Assembly (NCBI RefSeq): GCF_001194135.2
Contig: NC_068981.1
Coordinates: 42,202,942-42,243,386, forward strand
DNA: 40,445 bases
Reading direction: 5' to 3'
From: Octopus bimaculoides
Taxonomy: Eukaryota
Shown piece by piece: positions 25,171-37,400 of the stretch (position 1 is its first letter; each line of letters begins with the position of its first letter). The position numbers and the translations under genes are program-made. The notes under the pieces were generated by a model. It was not told where the DNA came from, did no database searches, and saw only the letters and a program-made list of their open reading frames with translations.

Positions 25171-25732
25171 TTGGTGTTTGGAGTAACCACTAGGGATGAG
25201 GACGTTATGCCTCCATTCATCTTCCTACACGACCTCACACTCAAAACGGAGGCCTGCATCAAGTACCTGGAGGAGGTAGTACCGCCATGGGTGAAGAAGG
25301 TGGTTGCTGGAAGACCCTATGTCTGGCAACAGGACACTACATCATGCCACACAAACAGGAGAACCAAGTCATGGCTGTCAGGCAATTTCTACGACCATAT
25401 GACCCCTAACATCTGGCCACCTAACTCCTCAGACTGCCACCCCGTTGATTATGTGTGGGGCGCAGTTAAGCGAGAGAATAACAAAACCCCTTGTAGTACC
25501 AAAGATGGACTGCAGGCAAGGATTATAATAGCATTCACCAACGCGAACATGGAGACCGTCCAGAAGAGTTGCAGGAGATTCCGAAGCCTATGGCGATTTT
25601 ATTGAATACATTTACTCTTTAGTATTTCAAGATATTTTTGTGTAATTTTGGTAAATATATCTGTTAAAATGAAATGACAGTGTTATTTTAATTTTTGCAT
25701 AATTTAGACGACAATTTATTCACTGCACACTG
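25171..25732 (+). mobile_element. 5'-truncated maT-family (DD37D) Tc1/mariner transposon with right TIR
   Basis: VFG...VMPPFIF...YVWQQD-x37-DY, with WPPNSSDCHPVDY; I count 37 residues between the two Asp. Ends ...ttcactgcacactg followed by TA. Confidence 0.9.
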
Positions 25733-25932
25733 TATATATANNNNNNNNNNNNNNNNNNNNNNNNNNNNNNNNNNNNNNNNNNNNNNNNNNNNNNNNNNNN
25801 NNNNNNNNNNNNNNNNNNNNNNNNNNNNNNNNNNNNNNNNNNNNNNNNNNNNNNNNNNNNNNNNNNNNNNNNNNNNNNNNNNNNNNNNNNNNNNNNNNNN
25901 NNNNNNNNNNNNNNATATATATATATATATAT

Positions 25933-26090
25933 ATATACAAATTTGGTGTGTGTTGCGTTCCATTACTTAATAAATGAAAAACTGTATAAACAAACGACGT
26001 AACGTATACTGAATGTAAAAACGAACGGGAGACAAACAGAAGGTCCATAATTCTTCATCAGTTATCGACCAATTAGTAATATTGAATTTC
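25933..26090 (+). repeat. Direct repeat copy 1 (about 155 bp)
   Basis: Aligns with 26543-26700; shared blocks aacgtatactgaatgtaaaaacgaacggg and ataattcttcatcagttatcgaccaatt. Confidence 0.9.
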
Positions 26091-26542
26091 GCAAGAACAA
26101 ACAAAACAAAACAAAAAAAATTGCACAAAGTGTGATTTGGGACGGTGGAATAGGACGAACAATCGAACAAAATTCAGCCATATGGCCAAGGAGACGAGAT
26201 AAGTGGGTAACGCTTAGAAAATGTCTTGAAAGATGGAGAACGGAGAGACAAAGAATTTGCGACCGGTCAGCTACAGGACTATTGTAAGGAAGGAAGAAAA
26301 AGGGGAAACTTGCTACTGGTCACGTGACAACAGCAGACAAAGGAGAAAGACAGCAGGGCGAGGGAGCGACAGAGAAAAAACGGAAAGGGATGAAGGGGAA
26401 GGAGAAAGGCTAGGAATATAAGAGAGAGAGATAGAAAATGAGGAGAAAGGTTAGAATAGAAGTGAGAGGGTGAGAGAAAGGAAAGGGGAGAGAATGAAGG
26501 CAAAAGAGAGTCGCACTGGTATATAAAAAAAACTTATATTTT

Positions 26543-26700
26543 TATACAAATTCGGTGAGCGTTGCGTTCCATTATTTAGATGAAAAAATGCATAAACAAG
26601 CGAAATAACGTATACTGAATGTAAAAACGAACGGGCGTCAAACAGAAGGTCTATAATTCTTCATCAGTTATCGACCAATTGGTAATATTCAGTTTCACAC
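26543..26700 (+). repeat. Direct repeat copy 2 of 25933-26090
   Basis: Diverged copy, roughly 80-85% identical by eye. Confidence 0.9.
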
Positions 26701-26714
26701 CTTTAACGATAAGA

Positions 26715-26745
26715 CAGTGCTTCCCAACAGGCGGTCCCCGCAAAA
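26715..26745 (+). mobile_element. Possible hAT (Charlie/Buster-type) terminal fragment
   Basis: CAGTGCTTCCCAAC.GG.GGTCC.CG resembles the ends of non-autonomous hAT elements. No partner end is visible (gap follows). Confidence 0.35.
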
Positions 26746-27019
26746 AAAGTTTTTCTTGCAGAGAATTAGGGACAAGAGCAAAACAAACAAACAGTATATA
26801 NNNNNNNNNNNNNNNNNNNNNNNNNNNNNNNNNNNNNNNNNNNNNNNNNNNNNNNNNNNNNNNNNNNNNNNNNNNNNNNNNNNNNNNNNNNNNNNNNNNN
26901 NNNNNNNNNNNNNNNNNNNNNNNNNNNNNNNNNNNNNNNNNNNNNNNNNNNNNNNNNNNNNNNNNNNNNNNNNNNNNNNNNNNNNNNNNNNNNNNNNNNN
27001 NNNNNNNNNNNNNNNNNNN

Positions 27020-27052
<33 letters not shown>

Positions 27053-27053
<1 letters not shown>

Positions 27054-27790
27054 CGTACTGTTCCGTGATAGAAAATTCAAGCTCCTGCCCTAATATGAAG
27101 AGTATCATTACAGAATATCAAGAGCCTATATCCAGTTGTAATTGTCGCGACCCAGGATCCTGTCCACTTGACCAACGATGTATGATTAAATCTATCTTAT
27201 ATAAGGCAGAGGTTACTGCAACCCAAAACAATAGTACAACAGATAAGAAAACTTATATTGTATTATGCGAAGGAAAATTTAAATATCCCTATGCCAATCA
27301 CATAGCCTCCTTCCAATATAAGGGACAAAAGTAAAGCTACTATGTTGGCTAGTTACGTATGGAGTTTGAAAGATAAGGAAACATCATATGTGATTATGTG
27401 GAACATAATTGAGAAATCCATACCTTATGTTAATGGATCGAATAAATGTAGGCTTTGTTTAGTCGAAAGATTGCAGATCCTGTTCATATGCCTAACTCTC
27501 TCCTGAACTCTAGGTATTAAATTTTTAGCGGTTTCAAGTATATGTATAAATATATTTTTGAAGAATTGGTAAATTCGCCTATTCCTGATGAACTCTTTTA
27601 CCTTTTTTACTTTCACTTTTTACATTTTAGTTTTTCTGTTTTCGCTTTCCGTTTTTCATTCTTTTTTTAACCTTCGCGTTTTCTATATGCTGCCTTCTCA
27701 GTTTTAGTTCGTTATATGTTTTGTGCCTGATGAATATATGCTTGAGATATTTCTCAACATATGAGACTATTAATAGCACTTAAAGACATG
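27053..27790 (+). mobile_element. Decayed Penelope-like element: Cys-rich linker, GIY-YIG endonuclease, 3' region
   Basis: SSCPNMKSII...CNCRDPGSCPLDQRCMIKSILYKAEV...TYIVLCEGKFK...NHIASF, then ASYVWSLKDK...MWNIIEKSIPY...KCRLCLVE...SLLNSR. One frameshift region and stops. Confidence 0.88.
27723..27779 (+). ncRNA. Degenerate type I hammerhead ribozyme candidate
   Basis: GTGC / CTGATGA / long stem II (atatg-c-ttgaga, loop tatt, tctcaa-catat) / GAGA in place of GAAA / ctattaa / TA / GCAC. Lies directly downstream of a PLE ORF. Confidence 0.5.
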
Positions 27791-27859
27791 TATTGTGTCC
27801 TTTAAATAAATAATAGACACATATATATATATGTAATGTGTATGCGTGTATATATAAAT

Positions 27860-28260
27860 GCATGTAGGCATCATCTGAGTAGATCTCATATAGTTCGCGG
27901 AAGATAAGCATAAAAATTCTCTTTCTCATTGACTTTGAAAGATTTATCTAGATCTGGTGGTTAGCTGATATCTACGAAAGTACTTCGTTGTTCCTTACTG
28001 TCACAAAATATTATATCAGGTCTGCTGTGTTCGCATTTAATGGAAATTTGTAAGAGAATGTCCCATAAATATTCTTTCTGTTCGCTGCAGTATTCAGCAT
28101 CAAAATCATTTCTTATATTTCCCCATGGTATTCTTCCTACGCACGTCTTTGCATAATGTTTCAGTAATAACTTAGTAGCACATAAAAAAATAGTACCTTA
28201 ATGAACATTAGAGACAGTTGATGTCCACCTTGCAATATGTTTAAAAGTGTTACATGGCTG
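27860..28260 (-). mobile_element. Fragment of R4-like LINE REL endonuclease (family related to 34500-34965)
   Basis: Minus strand reads EYLWDILLQISIKCEHSRPDIIFCD...TFVDIS*PPD...NEKENF.LIFRELYEIY, with the PD...D...EK motif of REL. Confidence 0.75.
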
Positions 28261-29609
28261 ACAATTTCCACCCAAGATTAGGGATTTTTATAGATTTATT
28301 GTCTATTTTATTCAAGATGTATTTTCTCCCTCTCGCTCTCTCTTGCGCATTGAAAAACTATAGCCTTTAAAATGTGAATCGATGCAATGTTTATGTGTGA
28401 AAAAGAAGCTACTCTTCTTCTTGATTTTGGTAATATTCTCAGGAATTTCTACAAAAATACACACACCGTAGTAGTCTTTTGTCGGTATGCTGTTATTGTT
28501 TTCTATGACCTTATCGAGAAATACTTGTTTAGTACATCTGACGCTGCATCGAATGTCATTGAAAATCGAATGTTTCGTGACGAATTTTCTCCCTATGTAA
28601 GATATTATTTTCTTTATCTGTTGATGACGGTAATGGGACTGATTTTATGTGCAGTCTAGTGAAGTATCTCATATGTTGGTTCCACTACTGGTACTATAAA
28701 TGAATTGTGTGATATTGTTTTGTTCTAAGAGGAAAGATCCTATTACTATATATTTGAAATCTGATATAATAATTTTTGGTTACTCTATCGTTATTTACAA
28801 TATGGAGGAATACAAAGCCGACTAATGCTAAAAATTTTCGTTTATAGGAAGCAATGTTCTCACTTTTAAATAAAACTGAACATATTTTGTTGGCTAAATT
28901 CCACCCTAATATTAGCTAAAATTGTTTTCTGAATTAAGTTGTTTCTCAGCATTGTAGCTATTTCCAATACAGACCTTTAAATCACATGCATTTGAGTATA
29001 TTGAATTGTACAGCCTAGGACATAACTATTATATATTTTTTAAAAAGAAATTACAATGGATTTAGTGCCAAAATAAACAGAAATACAGTTAAACTCTTCT
29101 CCTCGGAATATTACAATAAATATTGGAAATTTCAGAAAGTATCACTATACATTTAGTTACAAGTAACGAATGCTTGATCTGGTGTTATATGAGGTGTTAT
29201 GACAGTAACCAGGGCAACATGTACTTTTTCAAATGCAATAATTCTACTAAACTTGGAATTTATTAAACAGCATTTTAATAAAAAGGTCATATTAACAGAA
29301 CTTTACATTTTTAACTACAGGCATTGCTGTTGTTCAGCACATCTCATTTCTTCCTTTCTATTTGCCTGCTCATTAATCACAAATTCGTTCGACTTTAGAT
29401 GGCATCTCTGTCTAGATGTATGTTCTAAGTGTTACTATGCATGCATAAATGTATTTCTGCATGGAATCAAGTGAATATATAACTGAATTTAAATATTCAG
29501 AGATATGTTTGGTGGGTGCTATGTTAAAATATTGAATTATGAGCAAAAGAGTGGCAACGTACGTTCAATCATGTATAATTGATAAAACTAAACATTTTAC
29601 TCTACAATA

Positions 29610-30564
29610 TGCAAATAGCGACAAACCTATTATTGATGCAAAAAAATTAAACAAAAAGCAAAGACGGCTTGCATGAATAATATTGAAGACAACTGGAAAG
29701 GTAAACTCCTGCATGGAAAATACCCTTACCACCTGTCCAAGCCAGATATTGATTAAAATCTAACACACCAATGCCTACAAAGGACAAATCTGAAAGGAGA
29801 AACAGAAGGTTTTGTTATTGTAGCGCAAGATCAGAGTATACCCACCAGAAACTACCATGCAAATGTCCTTAAAGAAGGATCTGACCCCTCGTGCAGAATT
29901 TGCGAAAATTTCACAGAGAGAATTCATCATCTTGTTTCTGGCTGCCTAATCCTCGCTGAAGAGGAGTACCTCATAAGACATGACAGATTAGGGCAGTATA
30001 TCCACTGGAATTCTTGTAAATACTACAAAATTAAATCCCATGATAAGTGGTACAGGCACCATCCAGAGGATGTAGTAAATGGCGAGGGCGTCAGCATCCT
30101 TTTGGAATTTCCCAATACAAACAGACAGAGAAATTGACTCCAATCGACCAGACATTGTGATCATGGACTACAACAAAAGGAACTTGTGTGTTAATAGATA
30201 TGTCTGTCCCACAAGATCAGAATGTCTCAAGAAAGGAGTTCGAAAACCTTTCTTAGTATAAAGATTTGCAAATTGAAATCACTAAATCGTGGAAGCTTAG
30301 TACCACGTTTGGAATGATAAAGAAGGGAGCTGAGAAGTATATTAAGCAACTCCCTTGTAACTACAATCTCTGTGAACTACAAAAGATAACTTTGAAGGGT
30401 ACAGCCTTTGTACTACGGAAAACACTCTCCATCTGAAATGGAATAAATGTGGTGGTAATTTTAGCATGCATAGCAAAACAAAAGTGCCCTTGCTAATCTT
30501 GGCCTCCAGAGGATGCCCGGTACTAAAGCAGCTGAAATAAAGTTATAATGAAAGGAAACCATAA

Positions 30565-30658
<94 letters not shown>
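29610..30658 (+). mobile_element. 5'-truncated R4/Dong-clade LINE (CCHC knuckle, REL, UTR, (ATG)n(AAT)n tail)
   Basis: WKGKLLHGKY...LKGETEGF...AQDQSIPTRNY...CRIC...H...C (29892), RHD, WNFPIQTD...NRPDIV (30145), KYKDLQIEI, LQKITLKGTA..LRKTL* (stop at 30434). Tail at 30565-30658. Confidence 0.92.
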
Positions 30659-30659
<1 letters not shown>

Positions 30660-30993
30660 CACTGTCCACAGGGGTTTCTAAACAGAGTCTACATGTGATT
30701 ACTTCCGATTCTTGTCCCTTTGATATTTATAAGAATCGCCGATTCTAATTTTGAGCCTGCGCAAATTAATATCTGTGTGAGAACATAGAAATGCAATGGT
30801 CAAGTCATCCTTATGCAATACTGTCAACTTCAATACTATAAACATGACACAAAATGAAATCAAATAAGAAAAACGAGGTCGAAGACGAACAAATAATAAT
30901 AATAATAACATGTGAGAACGATAAAACACTGCTCCGAAATCTTTCCAAAAACATCGGGAATAAAGTCAACAAATGAAGCCTAAAATAACTGGC

Positions 30994-31224
30994 AAAGTGT
31001 TGGTATATATCCGAGTAAATAATACACATTAAAATTTATTTCTATTTTCCGAATGAAACGATGTATTTTCACTGTGTGTCACCTCCATCATTCGCACAAC
31101 ACGTGTAAACACGCTCGCCACACTGACAAAGTGCTGGGCTACACCCAAATAAATAATACTCATTAAAAGTGTTGGACTATATCTGAGTAAGTACATATTG
31201 GACTATGTCCGATTAAGTACACAT
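30994..31224 (+). repeat. Four degenerate copies of a ~35-37 bp motif (aaagtgttgg.ctatatc.gagtaa.ta.acatt)
   Basis: Copies at about 30994-31030, 31128-31164, 31166-31199 and 31198-31224 (partial). Confidence 0.65.
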
Positions 31225-31409
31225 CACAAGCACGTAAGTACGTAAGCTAATTAATTACGTATACACCCCAGTTTTATATGAACACATTTTAATATTTCAA
31301 AATAACATTGATGTCTAAACAAGCGCACACACACACATAAGCAAATCGAATAAAAACAAACGACAAAGACTAGTCATTATCGATCATATACATACATACA
31401 TATATACAG

Positions 31410-32413
31410 AAGTTTAGGGAGAATAAAAATCAGAAGCGGCATCTTCCAAATGGACTGTCTGTCCCCACTGATCTTTGTACTGTACATGCCATCACTAACA
31501 CTGATTCTGAGGAAAGCAAGGGCTGAGTATGTATTCAAGAGCCGCCAACAAAAAGTCAACCTCTTGTTATTAATGGATAACATCAAACTTTATGGTAAAC
31601 GTGAATCCCAAGTCAGTTCCCACGTTGATACGGTGTATACTTTCAGTGCTGATATCAGAATGGAGTACGGACTGAAACAGTATGGTGTGTAAGACTTGAA
31701 GAGAGACAAAATCAAATATATGGAAAGGATAGCGATACCGTTGGGGAAGGTTATGAAGGATGTAGAAAAGACGGGCTCTAAGTACTTGGGGATATTGGAA
31801 ATGAATAAATTGATGGAGAAAGAAATAACAAACATTTAATGTGGAGTACTTGCGCAGACTGAGACTGATACTTAAGTTGAAATTAAACGGGTGGAATAAG
31901 ATTGAAGCTATCAAAACTTGGGCGGTTTCACTCCTTAGGTATGGTGCAGGGGTAATCACATGGACAGTAGACGAACAAAACAGCTTAGATAGAAAGACAG
32001 GGAAGTTGCTGACTAGATATGGGATATTCCACCCCAAAAGTGACAAAGGCAGACTGCATGTACCAAGAACAAGAGGGGGAAGAGGAGTGATTGGATGCGA
32101 ACACGGCATTAAAGCAGAGGAAAACAACATAGCATGGTTTGTAGAAAATGCCACAGAACCGATATTATTGGAAGTAAGAAAGCAAGGCTTGTGTAGGATG
32201 GAAGATTGCAAGGATAAAGCACTATACAAGCACTTGAGAATGAATGAAACTGAAAATAGATGGATAACGAGAAAAATTCATGGAAAATTTTATAGGGATG
32301 TTGAAGATAAGACAGACAGACAGACAGAGAAAAAAGATGGCTATGGATGACTAAAAGTGATTTAAAGCCGGAAACGGAGGCTCGAATATGAGCTGCCCAA
32401 GAGCAAGCATTAA

Positions 32414-32415
<2 letters not shown>
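31410..32415 (+). pseudogene. Internal RT/thumb fragment of an R4/Dong-clade LINE
   Basis: IKIRSGIFQMDCLSPLIF, LLLMDNIKLY, SKYLG, EYLRRLRLILK..LNGWNKIEAI..WAVSLLRYGAG, HPKSDKGRLHVPR..GGRG, HGKF, LKPETEA..AAQEQAL. Cut off by (TA)n(TG)n. Confidence 0.92.

Positions 32416-32501
<86 letters not shown>
32416..32501. repeat. Compound (TA)n(TG)n microsatellite
   Basis: Direct reading. Confidence 0.95.
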
Positions 32502-32504
<3 letters not shown>

Positions 32505-34149
32505 TATGTGTATGCGCGTGCATGTGTGTGTGTGTACTTTTATGTATATATATACCTGCACATATATGCATATGCGTTTGCATACAAGCACATATACATA
32601 AAAATATCCGTTTCTACGTATATATTTCCTTTTATAGAAATATGTTGAGACTGTTCGAGTGCAAAAGTAATTACGCTATTTTCTATCAAAGTTTTTATTC
32701 ATATGGTCTGAACTGTCGACATCATCTGAACTTAAAATCTGTTTGAAAGCATCTTAAGTACCAACTTAAAAACGATTATAGCATTCTGAAATTCTGAATA
32801 AAATGGCATATTTTGTTTAGTAAGAAAACAATTACTGTTAGCCAGCACAATTTACAAAATTGGCACTACTTCATATATGTTCGTTTCCTCCTTTATTTCA
32901 ATTGAATTGCAAATATAATTGACCACCTTGTTATTTTGTATTGTCGCACGACGTCGGATCTTAAAGGTTGATAACTCTGTCGGTATTTAGTTTTTGCATT
33001 TACGCAGATGTATGTACCTATGTCTTTTCATAGTTGTTTTTTTTTTATCTCTTCGAATAAATAATATTTTCTTTTTTAAAAAAGTACAGAGATTATATAT
33101 ATTTTGGCATGAATGAATAAGATTATTGATGCTGTTTCCAACTGTTCTTATTTCACCACCCATTTCAGTGAATATATTTACACAGTAGTCTAGGGCTTTA
33201 ATTACATTTTCTTTTATAAATAACAGAATACTAAAGAAGACGCTCAAATTTGTCGAAGTATGGAATAAACTATATGCACTGGTTATTAGCTCTAAGAGCA
33301 TTGTATTCTTCATAAATTCCACTCTACCCAAATTCTTCCCTTACGTGTCTGTGCATTTCTCTTAATGGTTTTTTACTGTTCACTTTTCTGTATATCTTTT
33401 ATTCGGGTACGCAGGTCTCTCACAAACATGATGATGATTATGATGATAATGATAACATTATTAGAAATTATAGCTCTACCGGATCCATTACCGTTAGGTA
33501 ACTTCATGTTCAGAAAGCGATGCTCTTGATATCTTAGAGTAGAAGACATTTAGAAAATACCTAATGAACAAAACAGACGGTGAAGCATTTAAATCCCTAA
33601 ATTGTGATAAAAGACTATCGGATATATCATACTTCCGTGGACTATATTTTGCATATTCCTTGTCTGTACCCGCCAAAATCATCAAGATACGACCTTTCAA
33701 CGCGGCATGATCTTGCTAATGAATATGGAAAATATTTCTCCTGTTCAGTATACACATACGTTTCAACATAACGTAATAAATACCTTTACCTGTATCACAT
33801 GAATTAACCTATTAATAATTGACACCATGCGGTAAATATAAAACTAAAGGAAATAATATTCTTCATTTCTAATCAGCAGCTTCTTACATAGTGCATTTCC
33901 CAAATATTTATCACTGTTAGTAAAACATTCACATCAGAACTTCTGTCAAATACAAAAATAACGGGGCTGGTACAGTTGCATGAGCCAGTAACGAAAATTA
34001 TGTAGAAGTCAGCTACGTTGCATATGTGAACATTTCTTCAAAAATTAGCAAGAGAATATATTTCCCAACAACAGCTCCTAAATTATTAATTTACGTCTAC
34101 CTATAATTATTGGCTTTGTTGGCCTTGTTACAAAATATATAAGTGGGAA

Positions 34150-34250
34150 CTTAGAAAATTGAGGTTGTAAAGCGAAGACTATAATCAGGTCACATACTAT
34201 TTAGAAATACATCCTGTAAGTGGAACAGTAAAAATATGCAAGATATCTAT
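34150..34250 (+). mobile_element. Short C-terminal relic of an R4-like LINE
   Basis: ctgtaagtggaacagtaaaaatatgcaag encodes VSGTVKICK. The same motif occurs at about 6000 and 8367, and in weaker form at about 34705-34725. Confidence 0.45.
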
Positions 34251-34499
34251 CAAGGGTAACATATAACTCTACAACATTGTGGTTATCTGAATGTCAGCGA
34301 TGGAGTTTTTTGTTTCTTTGTTAGAAAGCAGCTTCTTTACAGACAGAATTAAATGAACTACGAAGGAAAATATTACATACATATATGCACGTGAAAACAT
34401 ACATACATACATACATACATATATTCATACATACATACATACATACATACATACATACATACATACATACATACATACATACGTATGTATGTTAACACA

Positions 34500-34965
34500 T
34501 GGAGATCAGTGAAAAAGAGAATATCTACGCTGAACTATTGAGAAATCTGCAGTTACTCTATACAGATTGCAAGTTGAGGTTTATACCTGTTATTTTGGGG
34601 GCTCTGGGATATGTAACACACTGCATAAAATACCAATCTTTAGAAATTTGGCTGCTCAAAACCGGAAAAGAGAAATCTAATTTGAAGACTACATATCCAA
34701 TCGATCACTAGAAATTTAAAAATCTGTAGAAGTTTCCAGAAGTTTATCATTTAAATATATATGAGCATGTCTTGATATGCAACTATATGCATAAAGCAAA
34801 ACATACAAACATGCACATATACATACATACATACATACATACATACATACAAAAATACACTGTTTCTGATGTTGAAATTCCAATGAAAGTGCTTTGGATC
34901 TAGGTTAGAATCCGGCTCTTTATTTGCAAGGAATCTTGAAATAAAACTGAATAATGACATACATA
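34500..34965 (+). mobile_element. 3' end of an (ACAT)-associated R4-like LINE (REL C-terminus plus UTR)
   Basis: EISEKENIYAELLRNLQLLY...RFIPVILGALGYV. UTR has an internal (ACAT)n and ends aataatgACATACAT. Preceded by (ACAT)n at 34397-34482. Confidence 0.8.
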
Positions 34966-36220
34966 TAAACCTACCTACCTACCTACCTACCTACCTATCT
35001 ACCTACCTACCTACCTACCTATCTACCTACCTCACTGCATACATACATACATACATACATACATAGACCTTTGATTAGTTATGTTTCTATGTACTTTTCA
35101 TCCTGTTGGGTGGTCACAGAACCCTCTTAACTAGGGAAGCCCAGTTTCAGACTGGTGTAATCACCTACCACTCAACGATGAGTAGATAAACTTGAATTAC
35201 ATGGTTACGAGTCTTAGATTTCCAGTAGCTTGTGACAAGATTGGTCTCACTTTATAAACCATAACGACAACGGTGCTTCAAATAGCAACCATAATTTCAA
35301 AAAAAAAAAAAAGAAGAGAAAGGTCGAAAACATGGATAATTTAGTATTGGATAATAAATGCCTTATTGAAGGATGCAATGTCGCGATTTGGACGCTTTTG
35401 GTCGTATGTCTGATCTATCAACACTAGCCTGGACTACGATATTATGACATTAATATAATAAATCAACAAAATCATCATCTTGAAATAAGTCAGACTGGTA
35501 TATGTATAAATTTATACATAAAAATTGTAGACATTACAAGAAAGGAAAAAAGTGAATAAGATCGATGAGCGATAATTTTTTAAAAAGCAAAGTGTCACAT
35601 TGTTATCAAAATACAACTACAACGTTGACAACAATACCCAGAGCGAAGATATTTTTGAAAGATGGGCTATAGAAAACATAATTAAAGATAATTTGCTAAG
35701 AAGAATTATCTCGAAGCATAATTAGTGATTAAAGAAGAAATATAATGCGATATAGAAATAAGGCAATTAATCTCAAAGAGACAGAAAATGAATGGTAAAT
35801 TAAAAAAAAAAGAACTCCAAAGAAACAAAAAAATCAACAACATAAAGGAAAAGAAAAAGAAAAATGTTAAGTAATTTTAAATAAGTTAATAAATAGAACG
35901 AATAATTAATCACATATTACTGTTATCAGGTCTAACCTTTCGAATCAGGAACATTCGATCCGATAAGAATGAGTTATATTTCTATTATACTATGTAGATA
36001 ATCTTGAATTTCAGTAATAAATATTTTCAACATGAAAAAGAAACTGAAAACTCCGATTTAATAATTCCACATTAGTTGGTAAAATAAGTAGATTATATGT
36101 AATAGTATCTCAATCATGCTTTTTTTCCTTTCCTAAAATGAAAGACAAATATATGGTGCAAAAAATTCTCAATATATTTTTCTTTGCTAAGCACGATATC
36201 CATCATACTGGCACATTTCA

Positions 36221-36240
36221 CACATACACACACAGACACA

Positions 36241-36331
<91 letters not shown>

Positions 36332-36370
36332 ACACATATACACTCACACACACAGACACACACACACACA
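36221..36370. repeat. (AC)n microsatellite
   Basis: Direct reading. Confidence 0.95.
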
Positions 36371-37233
36371 TTTGCAATCCACTTCCTCCAGCACTATGCA
36401 TATAACACAAAACTTTAAACCGACTGATGTTATCAACGTTTTTGTTTTAATTTATTTCAAGGTCCCTTCGAAGGGAGATTTAATCTCTGAGTAAATGACT
36501 AGAATTTGTTTCGATCATTACGTCTCCAAAACTGAAACATACCTGTTACTTTCACCAATTTAAAATTTTGTGTCATAGTGAATTTTCATTGTCTGTAAAC
36601 GCTGTATAATATAGACAATTATTGTTGTCTAAATAATTACCCCAAAGTTTCGAGAACTTTGATTGGAGTCATCTCCTGTTTAATTTATTAGATTTTTAAC
36701 ACCAGAAGGGAAACATTTATATTTGAATTGGTTGGATAGTTCCAGATGATTGAAGATTTTTAAAGCTCAGTATATTTCATGCATATTACCTGAAGGTTTT
36801 TAAATTCAGCTTTCCAGGTCTAAGATAGCCCCCAAAGAAAGGAAATAAAACTAGGTAAGCACACTTCTATGAGACTTCGTTTGATAAACAAATAAAATCA
36901 AGAACAATAGTGTACAAAGAACGCCTAAGGTTCAGATTGCTTATGCTATCCCTACCTCAAACATCACTTAATCCACAACAGACTCCTACAATATATAGAT
37001 GTAAAATAGCATACTCCACATCATCACAGATTGTGGGGACAGAAAATACTAGCCCTCACAGTCTCTACATGAAAAATCACCTCCAAATACCCAGGCGCAT
37101 ATGCAACACTCCAAAACACAAATTCATTCTAAAAGTAGTTTCTCTCCCATGCTGCGCAGACAAGCATAAAACATACACACTGAAATAACTGCGAGACGTC
37201 AACAGCCTCATTAGCCCCAAAGTACTAGACTGC

Positions 37234-37400
37234 TACGTTCTGAGTTCAAATTCCACCGAGGTCGACTTTGCCTTTCATCCTTTCGGGGTCGATAAATTAA
37301 GTACCAGTTACGCACTGGGGTCGATGTAATCGACTTAATCCGTTTGTCTGTCCTTGTTTGTCCCCTCTATGTTTAGCTCATTGTAGGCAATAAAGAAATA
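37234..37400 (+). mobile_element. 5'-truncated tRNA-derived SINE with a 10-bp target-site duplication
   Basis: B-box GTTCAAATTCC and a clean body. Flanked by ACTAGACTGC at 37224-37233 and 37401-37410. Confidence 0.9.

Noticed and set aside
26040-26690. CTGATGA on the minus strand within the 155-bp repeats
   Set aside because: No correctly placed GAAA or three-stem fold.
29320-29420. AG...GT-bounded candidate exon
   Set aside because: Only one phase is open, the peptide is not recognisable, and there is no gene context.
33494-33720. GC-richer segment with short ORFs on both strands
   Set aside because: No recognisable domain, and stops in the best frames.
34473-34492. 20-bp palindrome acatacatacgtatgtatgt
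   Set aside because: Explained by a microsatellite orientation switch. It is too short to show 5' inversion.
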